NCBI RefSeq assembly: GCF_004010195.1 | Contig: NC_057719.1 | Span: 44,309,054-44,373,053 of the forward strand | Reading direction: 5' to 3' | Length of the DNA stretch: 64,000 nt | DNA from: Chiloscyllium plagiosum | Lineage: Eukaryota | Notes under the pieces: generated by a model | Told to the model about the DNA's origin: nothing | What the model saw: only the letters and a program-made list of their open reading frames with translations | Database searches by the model: none | Part shown: one piece after another, positions 53,014 through 64,000 of the stretch | How the letters are laid out: each line of letters opens with the position of its first letter | How positions within the stretch are numbered: position 1 is the first letter of the stretch | Translations under genes and position numbers: made by a program

Positions 53014-54314
53014 CCAGATGTTGTAAATTAGTTTTTCCTTTTTTATCACGAGGAAAAAAAAAACTAAAATCCATGTGGCAGTACCCTAGAGTAGTTACAC
53101 CATGTGGATATACTTTTGGAAAGCTTTGCATATGCAAAGATTATTTGACAGAATATTTATGAAAGTTGTCTTATTTCATTTCTTACTTCAAGTGTGTATG
53201 CTATTTTCAAGATGACACGAAGATACAGTCCACAAATGTCTCCACTGCCAATTAACTGACCAATGTCAACAAGCATTATTTTACATACAACTTGTGAAAA
53301 CACTTTCTCGAGAGGGGCAGAAGAGAGGCTTATTGGAAGTAAGGAATTGCCAGGCAGGTGAAGACCAAAATTTGCTGGTTTGTTATCTAACATCCTGTAG
53401 TCATAGTGTATAATAATTGGGTCCTGTTGATCAGATCAATCAAAGAATCTGCAGAGGACTTAAACATAAGTTGAGGAAAATCCCCAAGTGGTGGCAAGCT
53501 CTGGGAATCATATGTATAAAGTCATCTCTTTCTCGTATGTACATCATCATCTTGAACTTGAAATCAGTAGTTGTGCATCAAATTTAAAAAAATGTAATAC
53601 TCTACATACACAAGCAACTTAGATTTCTGTATGGACTCTGGAGGCAGGCCTCTCCAGAAAGCTTACTTTAATTTGAAAATTTCAACTTTTTTTGGACAAT
53701 CCATTTTTACATACATAAAATATGTACACAAAAAAACATGCTCCTACAATGATTGAGCTCATCCAATGAGTAGCTAAGCCATACAGACTAAGACACTCAT
53801 TTAAACTGCCACTCTGCAGTCAGCTCACAGCTAGCCAAAACCAGTCAGCCAGTCACCAGAAGCTAACAATCTGCCACGAGCCAAAATGCAGTCAGCCATC
53901 ATACACCACCAGTCAACGAAAGCCATAAATCAGACAGCTTGTAGCCAGCACCAGGAATTACCCAATCATTCTAGAAGCCAGTTAGTCATCTACCAGTAGT
54001 CATTTGCTACGCTACAGCCAGCAGCTAGTTAATCCATGATCAGACTCTTACTATTTTGCCTCAGGCATGGGGAATCACTGGAATTCAAGTGCCCATGTCA
54101 CTGAAGGACTGAGGAAGACTCACAACCAAAGATCTGAGTGCATTGCCAATTCTTGCATTTTATATATTGTCTTTCATAACATCAAGAAGTCCCTAAATAC
54201 TTGACAGTCAATGAAGTACTTTTGAAATTCAGTCAGTTTTAATGTGGAAAAAGCAGAACCACCAAATGCTGCCACATCCATTTTAAGTTCCCATCCAATC
54301 AACACTTTAGCACA

Positions 54315-54483
54315 AACCAAAAGAGAAAATGCTGGAAAATCAAAGCAGCTTTGACAAAGGGTCAGTTAGACTCGAAACGTCAGCTCTTTTCTCTCCTTAC
54401 AGATGCTGCCAGACCTGCTGAGATTTTCCAGCATTTTCTCTTTTGGTTCCAGATTCCAGCATCCGCAGTAATTTGCTTTTATC
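54315..54483 (+). mobile_element. Young inverted-repeat mini-element, family C
   Basis: Perfect 27-bp inverted repeat (54315-54341 / 54422-54448); perfect 15-bp TSD CAACACTTTAGCACA (54300-54314 / 54484-54498). Confidence 0.9.
54347..54385 (+). ncRNA. Minimal type-I hammerhead ribozyme motif, U3:A8 variant
   Basis: AGCU-[UUGACAA]-A-GGGUC aguua GACUC-[GAAA]-CG-[UC]-AGCU. Stems I and II pair; palindromic ACGU replaces stem III. Confidence 0.7.
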
Positions 54484-56819
54484 CAACACTTTAGCACATA
54501 TGAGCAATTTATTTGGTTAGCTTTGTTGTCCTCGTAGTCTAAATGGTTATCACACTTCTGAGAGGTTAATAGCTCTCTAATACTGGCAGTACCATTGGGA
54601 ATGGTCCAGTTCTGGCACTGCAGGGAGCCTGAGCTATAAGATGTCTGGCAGGCACATTGCAGTCAGTCAGTGAAGTCCTATTTATGGTTGGGGAAAAATT
54701 GTTAGTATTACGAACAGATGAGTCTCTTCACCAGTTTGCAGCACTTGCCTCCAAGGTTTTTCTATTAAGCATGGCTACCCTTGTAAGAGAGGGTCACCTC
54801 GTAAAAAGACCACAGGTATACCTGCTGGTTTCTCGCATGATAGTAGCTACATGCATACTGGGAATGGTAGAATGAGGCCCTTATGTGACCATTTATGGAC
54901 CTCAATTGGCTTTTAGGCAGGAAACCAGCCTTGATACTTCTAATTCTGGATTTAATCAGGGGAGTCACCACTCCACAGTTTTGTGCCTGATTAAACATCA
55001 ATTTTTTTGCTAAAGGCTCTAGAATAGGACTCAAAGCCCAGAACCTTCAGACCTCAAAGGGGGTAACAAAAATGCAAATGAAAACCAGGCTTTTCTGATT
55101 TTGCTTCAAAGCCAATCATCTCAGTTTCATTTTATCCGGCTGCGTTTGAAAACCTGTTCCTTGTTTCGGCTGCATTCAAACAGCATAAAATATGACATTT
55201 TAATCTGCTTGTTGCTTTCGCTGTGGTATAGCTTTTGGCCATAAAGTACTTAATTCCAGCACATTTGCATTTAATTCTTTTCATCACCCATTGCTGATGG
55301 TGGTATATGTGTTGAGCTTGGTTATAAATCTGTTGTCATACGTGGTGGGCTGCAGTCCTCTAGGGAAGATGCCTTGATCTGCAGAACAGGGCTAACCTCC
55401 GCAAATCCACCTTCTTCCCATCAATTAGTTGGTCAGGGTTTGCACCTCCATTGTGATTCTGCAGCACAGCTTTGTTTCTCTGAGTGGGGATCCTTTGACT
55501 TTCTTTTTATTGGAATTTTCTCCTTCTTCCCTTCCCTGTCTTGGCAAAGGTATACAAACATTTAAGAATAGTTTTGAAAGCATTTTAAGACAGTATTGTT
55601 TGTGTATGAGTTAGCATGCTACTTTAATTTAAAGGTGATGAAAAGAGCCAGTCTGCTGTTTAAATAAACATTTGGTTGGTTAACCTCAAACATTTATTTG
55701 CTCCCAAGAATACAAATGGAAAACAGATAGAGAACAGATGAAAGTCATAACTTAGACAACAGTCAAGAAAAAATTACTTTGGCAGACACTACTCCAGGAT
55801 AATGGTGTTGTTAACTTGCATTTTGAATGGTATTCTTCAGTTGTTAATATTATTTAGCTATGTTGTTTAGCATGGAATTAAATGCTTAGCAAATCTGGGA
55901 CTGGACTTATGAGTATTTGTTACTCAAATCTTGCTGTTGCAAGACCAATAAAGAAAGTTCAGTTTGGTGCTCACAAAAGGCTAGATGGCCCTATAACTGG
56001 CAGGACCAAAGTTGTGGTTGCAAGTTGGTTCCATAGGTAACAGTACCCATGTTAATTTTATATTGTGAAGCTTCTGTTCATATTGTTCTGAACAGATAAT
56101 TTAAACATCTTTAATTTCTCTAAATTTCAACTGGCGTTTTTGCAGCATGTGCTTTATGCAAATAGGAAACAGTATTATGTTTAGGAATATATATTTCTTC
56201 ATTATATTTAAAAATCTCATCTGCAAGTGCTTACATTTAATATTTTCTTCTCTGCTCCTTTGAGGACATCCTTGGTCCAAATAACAACAATCATTATATT
56301 TCAAAAGTACTTTATCACATTAAACATGGGCAAAATTTTGAACAATGTGTTAAGACAATTAATAAATGCAAGATGTGTATGCTTATGGATATTCATGAAC
56401 ATACTTAAAAAGAATTAGCTAGCTATTTAATTGCAAGGGCAATCTATAAAATCAAATTTTTCCTTACTTGATATCCACATGACTAGTTTCCAGTAAGGAT
56501 CATAAAACTGCAATTAAGAATAGAAATCCTGACTCAATTTCCTACTTCTTACTATTTCTTAATTGGAATACATTAAGAGTAACTGCACCATCCTTACTGC
56601 TGACCTGGCTGCAGCCAACTGAGTCAGCACGGATCACAGTCAAGCTTGAAACCCTTCAGCACAGTAACACCACTGAACTATCAGGAGTATTCCCACAGAA
56701 ACAACTTTCTCAATGCATTGTTAATTAAGATTATATTAACTCCATTCTCATCTTAGTTCTGATCACAAAAATGAGCAATCATTCCTGCATTTGAAAACTC
56801 GGCTAAAGATATTTTTAAT

Positions 56820-56908
56820 CATCCTATTCAGCCACACCTCTGGAGCAGGTGGGACTTGAACCCAGGAGTGTTGGCTCAGAGGTAGGGACATTACCACTGC
56901 TCCATAAA
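56820..56908 (-). mobile_element. tRNA-derived SINE head
   Basis: Minus strand reads TGGAGCAGTGG (A-box-like) and GGGTTCAAGTCCC (B box). Confidence 0.65.
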
Positions 56909-57768
56909 AGCTTTAAAACTTGGCTTATATGCTAACTACATAACATTTGATACATTTATTCTTAATGAGTCACAAGATGGCTTACAACATTTCTAGCTAC
57001 CTGCACAGTTTGGTCATAGAAAGCCTGCAAACAAAATGCTTAGTATAATCTAACAAGTTATTAACAAAGGAATGAAACACACAATTCAGGATCGCTATGC
57101 ACTTGCAAGCTCCAAAACAGTACAATCTTGGAATTATACAATATTTTATTTTTCTACTCCACTACACGTTTGGTTAACAATATTCCTATGTCCTTTTCAC
57201 ATTTAATACCTGCAATTACAATTCAACAGCAGACAAACAAACAAATAAGCAGTGACCAGGCCACTGAAGCAAGACATTTAGAATAGTGACTAACTTACAC
57301 TGATTGTATGGACAGGTGGTATCTGCAAAATACAACAGGGATTTCTTTAGAAAAAAGTCTTCCAACGCTTAGCAAATCAAATGCACGAGACTAATACATT
57401 TAGCTTTACAGAGAGTTTAAGAAAAGATGTTGTAATGTTAAGTGTCCGTAGCATAAAATACATAATGCAACTGGTTTCATTACACAGTTTAACTTTAAAA
57501 ATATTTAACATTTGCAAATACAATCAAACCTACAGGCTAACATTCCTTAAGTACAAGGCATTAACTTTCTAAAACTTTACAAAGCTTTCTATACAATCCA
57601 TGAATACCTGGGAAACTGTATATGATAATTTATCACAACCTATATTTTGCAAAGATGTGCAGTTTAATAATTTTATACATTAATATTTGACTTTATAAAA
57701 CACAGCTTCCTATTTATTTTAGAGTGCATGTGTCTACGAATAAAAACATAATGTTTAAGGTATTCTTA

Positions 57769-57954
<186 letters not shown>

Positions 57955-58424
57955 TTAATTTTGGCCTGTGTACAAAGAAAACTTATTTACCTATTGTGTG
58001 TGTCTAGTTCTCTGCCCATTATGTACAATGAGTAGATAAAGTTAGAAATATGTTTTTGAGAAATTTCAGTAACCCAATGCATATCATTAACTATGATTTT
58101 GAATTTTGTACCTATATCTGCTATATTCTTTCTCATACTGTCAGCAGCTTTATTCCGTGTACAAATAAGTAACAGTTCTACAATACAGACATATTTAAAT
58201 TCAAATGTTACATTTCAATGGATCCATTAAAGAAGAAAAACTGTCATAAGTTCAAGTACAACTTTCAATTGCCTTTGCCATCGTGATTTTAAAACCTTCC
58301 TAATACAAACGAAAGAGTAGAAATACAATATAAAGCAGTTCATATCCTAAAGATATTTGAGTGCATAAGCTCCAAATTAAAGTGAGATAACTTTTCAGAT
58401 AACCTGATCTCAATACGAACATTC

Positions 58425-59413
58425 AGTAGACTTTTGATAAGGTCCCACATAAGAAATTAATATGTAAAATTAAAGCACATGGGTTTGGGATAATGTACTG
58501 ACACAAGTAGAGAACCGGTTGACAGACAGGAAAGAGTAAGAATAAACTGGTCTTTTTCCCAATGGCAGACAGTGGCCAGTGAGGTACTGCAGTGGGCAGT
58601 GGTTAAATCCCAGCTATTCATAACATAATCATTTAGATAAGGGCAGTTAATGTAATATCTCCAAGTTTGCAGACGAGATGGAGGGGTGAGCGGTGTGCAG
58701 GATTCAGTATGATTTTGACAAATTGAGTAAGTGAGCAAATGCATGGCAGATGAAGTATGTGGATAAATGAGGTTTATCAATTTTGGTAGCAAAAACAGGA
58801 AGATAGATTATTATGTGTATGGCTGTAGATTGGGAAAGATGGCAATGCACTGAAATCTGGGTGTCCTTGTATACCAGTCTCTGAAAGCAAGTGGTGAAGA
58901 AGGCAAATGGCTTTCATAGTGAGAGAATTTGAGAGGAATTAGGGAAGTATTGCTGCAATTATACAGGGCCTTGGTGAGACCAAGCCTGAAATATTGCGTG
59001 TAGTTTGGTCCCATTATCTGAGGAAAGATGTTCTAGCTATGGACAGAGTGCAACAAAGGTTTATCAAACTGATTCCTGGGATGATCAAACTGAATTATGG
59101 AGAGATACTGGATCCTCTAGACTTTAGAAGAATGATTGGGGAATGTCATACAAGCCTATAAAATTCAAACAGGACTAGACAGGGTAAATACAGGAAGGAT
59201 GTCCCTGATGACCAGGGAGTCCAACACCCAGAGGTCACAGTTCAAGGGTATGGGTAGGCCATTTAGGACTGAGATAAAGAGAAATTCATTCACGCACAGA
59301 ATGGTGAGCCTGTGGAATAATCTGCTACAGAAAGCGGTTGAAGCCAAAGCATTGAATGTTTTGAAGAAAGGTTTTGAATGGCCCTTTGCCATTCCTAGTT
59401 TCTATGTTTCAAT
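58425..59413 (+). mobile_element. Old CR1 fragment
   Basis: FDKVPH, SKFADE and typical 3' motifs with many indels. Confidence 0.8.
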
Positions 59414-60482
59414 GTAATTTTTATGGTAAATGTTATCTGATCAGTTTTAATTGGTAATTAATGTCTCTTTAGTTACATCTAATTTCACATTAGTTGTAGT
59501 TATGGTATGAATATAAAATTACAATATGTTGGATTTTAATTCAGAAAATACCTTGCTTAGTATAACTATAGTATGGCATACATAGAGAATCTACCCATAG
59601 TCATTCCCAACAAAAAAGAAATTCAACCATTCAGAAATCGAAATGTCTGGACTTTTGCCGAACAAATAAACAAAATCAATAACTCAACAGTAATCGACTA
59701 TCTAAATGTTATAAGAAAATGATACATAAAAAATACAAATGAATAGAGAAATTATTTGCAACTGGTTGTAGAAAGCAATTACAGGTTTCAGTTCTGAGAT
59801 TGAAAAGTGGTTACATGTGGAATATAAAAAAAAAATCAGTGATTGCTGTTAAGACAAGGTTGTTTAAAAAAAAGACTGTTTCTCTCTCCTCAAAGTTTGC
59901 CAGATTTTCTGAGTATTTCAGGTAATTAGTTCTTTTTTCAAAAAACACCTTGCCTCTATTGCTATTCAATACCTAATTAAGAACTGTATTGATTTGTTGG
60001 CCTTTTAGAGAAAAGCAACTAAGACCATCATCTAGTAAAGTCTGCATACAAACCAAAGACTAAAGCTTTTATGAAAAATCTTCAGTTTGTCCCTGATTCC
60101 ATATTTCCCCTGTAACTTTTATTGCATGTGTTCTGCATTATAACAATTCACACAAACTCAAACAAGGACTGAGCATGGAGGTAAGATGAGAATGAAAGAT
60201 AGCCCAAAGCAAGTATAGTATGCAGTACTATACTGAATACACTGAAGCTACAAATCTTTACACAACCTTTCAACTGTATTATCTTACTGATCAATTAGTA
60301 TTCATTTAAAGCCTGAGAGATTGCCTTTTAACATAGTTTATTTAAATAAAATGCTGAACCAAGTCCTTTCTCAGCCATATTTTAATTTAGTAATGATTGC
60401 TGTTTGCATCACAAGAATTACTGAAGGACATATCCCTTTGAGTTTTGCATTTTTATTCAACAGGTACCTTTTCACAGAGGAG

Positions 60483-60824
60483 AATCATAGAATCCCTATA
60501 CTGTGGAAACAGACCCTTCGGCCCAGCAAGTCCACACCGAGCCTCCGAACAGTATCCCACCCAGATCCATTCCTCTATTACTGTACATTTACACCTGACT
60601 AATGCACCTAACCTACAGAACCCTGAACACTATGGGCAGTTTAGCATAGCCAATTCACCTAACCTGCACATCTTTGGAATGTGAGATAAAACTGGCGCAC
60701 CTGGAGGAAAGCCACGCAGACATGGGGAGAATGTGTAAACTCCACACAGACAGTCACCCAAGGCTGGGATCAAACCCAGGTCCCCGGCGCTGTGAGGCTG
60801 CAGTGCTAACCATTGTGCCGCCGT
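60483..60824 (-). mobile_element. HE1-type SINE
   Basis: Minus strand has a tRNA-like head (GGCGGCACAATGGTTAGCACTG..GGGTTTGATCCC) and a GATTCTATGATT tail. Confidence 0.85.
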
Positions 60825-61092
60825 GGTAGTATTTACATTGCACAGAACATATATGTGTTGTGTTAATGGAAAGAGTTTGGCATATTAATTTTGGAGAAAA
60901 TTGCATGCTTACTAAAAAGAAAAGCTTAAACACATTTACCTTGTTAAATTTAATTTATGCTTTGCATGCTTTTGGAGAAGGAGCATATTTAGTATGAATT
61001 CTGAAGAGATATTTAATCTTGATTAATTAATGAATGCAGCACTAGTTTGGCATTGCTGCTAATCTACAAAAATCACTGGTTATATTCTGATG

Positions 61093-62697
61093 TCATGAAG
61101 ATATACAGCAAGGAAATAGACAGTTTAGTCCAACTTGTCCATGCCAACCAGATATCCGAAATAAATCTAGCCATATTTGTCAGCATTTGGCCCATATCTC
61201 TCTAATCTCTTTGTATACCCATCCAGATGCCTCTTAAACGTTATGATTGTACCAGCCTTCACCACTTCCTCTGGCAGCTCATTCCATTCACTCACTACCC
61301 TCAGCATGAAAAAGGTGCTTCTTAGATCCCTTTTGAATCTTTCCCCATTCATTTAAACCCATGCCTGCTAGTTTTGGACTCCCCCACCCAAGGAACAGAC
61401 CTTGTCTATTTATTCTATCCATGCCCCTCATGATTGTATAAACATCTAAAAGGTCACCCCCTCAGTCTCTGACGCTCCAGGAAAAATGATCCCAGTCAAT
61501 TTAGACTCTCCCCAGCCCCAGCCTGCTCAGCCTCTCCCTATAGCTCAAACCCTCCAACCTTGGCAATATCCTTGTAAATCTTTTCTGAACCCTTTCAAGT
61601 TTCACAACATCTTTCCTATAGAAGAGCCACTAGAATTGTATGCAGTATTTTAAAAGTGGTATCACCAATGATCTGTACAGCTGCAATATGACATCCCAAC
61701 TCTTGTACTCAGTGCACTGACCAATGAAGGCAAGCATGCTAAACATTGCCCTCACTATTCTAACCAGCTGCAACTCCACTTTCAAGGAACTATGCCCCTG
61801 CACTCCAAGGTCTCTTTGTTCAGCAACACACCCCCAGAGCCTTACCACTAAGTGTATAAGTCCTGCCCTGATTTGCCTTTCCAAAATACAGCACCTCACA
61901 TTTATCTAAATTAAACCTCGTCTGCCACTTCTCAGCCCATTGGTCCATCTGATCAAGATCCCATTGTATTCTGAGATAACCTTCTTTGCTGTCTACTACA
62001 CCTCGAATTTTGGTGTTGTCTACAAACTTACTAACTATACCTCTTATGCTCACATCCAAATAATTTCTATAAATTACAAAAAGCAGTGGATCCTGCATCG
62101 AACCTTGTGTCACAGTGCTAGTTACAGGCCTCCAGTCTGAAAAGCAATCCTCCACCACCACCACCCTCTAACTTCTATATTCGAGCCAGTTCTGTATCCA
62201 AATAGCTAGTTGTTCCTTTATTCCATGGTGATCTAACTTTGCTAACCAGTCTACCATGAGGAACCTTGACAAACACCTTACTGAAGTCCATTTAGATCAT
62301 ATCCACTGCTCTGCCTTAATCAACCTTCTTTGTTACTTCTTCAAAAAACTCAAATCAAGTTTGTAAGACACAATTCCCCACACAAAAAACCATGTTGACT
62401 ATTCCTAATCAGTCCTTGCCTTTCCAAATGCATGTTAATCCTGTCCCTCAGGATTTCCCATCAACAACTTGCCCACCATAGAGTTCTAAAGTACACCAGA
62501 TCAGGTCCCAGGGATTTATCCACTTCTTTGCATTTTAAGACATCCAGCATGACCTCCACTGTAATATAGACATTTTTCAAGACGTTGCTATTTATTCTCC
62601 TATGTTCTCTATCTTCCATATCCTTCTCCACAGTAAACACTGATGCAAAATACTCATTTAGTATCTCCCCATCTCCTGCAGTTCCACACAGGTGGCC
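61093..62697 (-). mobile_element. CR1 LINE (RT plus 3' end)
   Basis: ORFs 61820-62164 (VSKFVDNTKI), 61630-61899 and 61167-61352. Confidence 0.9.
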
Positions 62698-62941
62698 TTA
62701 AGAAAAGCCGTAAATAATTACAGTCCAAATTCTTTGCTCGGCTTTAATTCAACAGTATCATTAGCAAAAGGCCTCAACATGTAACTTTATAATGACGAGG
62801 GCAAAGTGAAAATAGTTATTCACTGGAAGTACTACCTCACACTTAAACACAACTCCTCTGCAGACAGGTGGTCAGGAAAGCACTTTGACTTCTTCTAAAG
62901 AAAAAGGATATCACAAGCTTTTTGGTTCTTAATTACTTTCA

Positions 62942-63163
<222 letters not shown>

Positions 63164-63193
63164 CTACAATGTGCTTCTCAACTTAAAATCTAA

Positions 63194-63793
63194 ACGTAAT
63201 TGAGATAAGTGCACCAAGGCCAATATCCTGTCACCAAGTCACTCTTTATTTACTTGTGCACAATACACTGGCTCTCCTAGCCAGCTTGGAGAGTGTCCCC
63301 TGAACTGAGGAGATCTAATCTCCTGGTTATATTATCAGCCAGCGCTTTCCTAATCAATAACTCCAATCAAACAACCTCGTTTCAATCTGGTTTCAATCAC
63401 TATATCTCTTGCTCACCCCCCAGCCCCAAAGTCCAGGGATGTAGGCCTGGTCTTTGGCTTGTAGCTTTTTGCCCCAAGTCTGGTTCCTCTGATTCAGACT
63501 CTGGCACGGGCAGCATGTAACAGACCATAGCCTGGCTCTGGCGTTCAGAGCGTCTCAGGAGAATTTCCTTCTCTTCTTCCGGCGGTAATGGTATCGAGGC
63601 CGCATCCATCTCAGACTCTGAGGTTTGCTTGTCACTAAACAGAGAGGGAGAATCCAGGGTTTCTGGCAAGTCTTCTGGCTGTTCTGAGGGGCCAGGTATG
63701 TTTTGCTCCTGCCCTGTTTGCGAGGTAATAGTTTTCAGGTGACCCACGTTTGTTCAGAAGTGTATCACCTACCCGAACTTTGTAAATGACAGG
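63194..63793 (-). mobile_element. Gypsy-type LTR retrotransposon: pol C-terminus, PPT and 3' LTR
   Basis: PVIYKVRVGDTLLNK(H)VGHLK...LLRRSER, a purine-rich tract near 63405-63421, then LTR-like sequence with AATAAA. The left boundary is approximate. Confidence 0.7.
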
Positions 63794-64000
63794 TGTCACA
63801 AAGCTAGTACCTTTTTCTTCTAAAAGTTGTTCCTTGGCTCAAGGAGACTCTGTCCTTGATTTCTTTCAGAGGGGTAATAAACCGGGCCAGGCTCCGATCA
63901 GTCTGGTTTGGTACAGAGATGGAAAGGATCTTTAGAGGCCTTTTGTTTATATGTAAACAGATGAGACTTCAGGCCAAAGTGGTCATATTTTAGAAGTGAC
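63794..64000. mobile_element. Probable second LTR inserted into the Gypsy relic (runs off window)
   Basis: The pol reading frame stops abruptly at a TGTCACA terminus and non-coding sequence follows. Confidence 0.45.

Noticed and set aside
56461..56480. GTGGATATCAA|GTAAGG resembling a VDIK micro-exon
   Set aside because: No convincing acceptor, and an in-frame stop follows.
56820..56908. tRNA gene
   Set aside because: A and B boxes are present but no complete cloverleaf; dispersed degenerate copies indicate a SINE head.
60212..60234. 9-bp perfect hairpin AGTATAGTA/TACTATACT
   Set aside because: Short and AT-rich; expected occasionally by chance or slippage.

Overview
Eukaryotic, repeat-rich vertebrate DNA, most likely from a cartilaginous fish (inferred from HE1-type SINEs, abundant CR1 LINEs and shark-type Penelope relics). 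Two genes lie on the minus strand, head to tail. The first is the 3' half of TRIM9, with five coding exons at 62969-63126, 57792-57930, 42675-42978, 38445-38607 and 37157-37258 (FN3 and SPRY/B30.2 domains). About 22 kb downstream is coding exon 1 of a glycogen phosphorylase, assigned as PYGL by synteny, at 14543-14794. There is a 500-N gap at 8488-8987. Most of the rest is transposon debris: CR1, Tx1/L1, Gypsy and solo LTRs, tRNA-derived SINEs, Penelope elements and decayed Myb/SANT ORFs. The most striking pattern is more than a dozen short non-autonomous elements from at least five families. Each carries a minimal hammerhead-ribozyme motif, and several have an inverted-repeat architecture with 11-15 bp target-site duplications. 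One young copy (54347-54385) has a compensatory U3:A8 core. Other notable points: Thr at the phosphorylase Ser14 site plus a 3-residue insertion, a nine-alanine tract in the TRIM9 C-terminus, and candidate alternative TRIM9 exons. Repeat boundaries are approximate unless a TSD fixes them. Family names come from recognition by eye, not from database searches.
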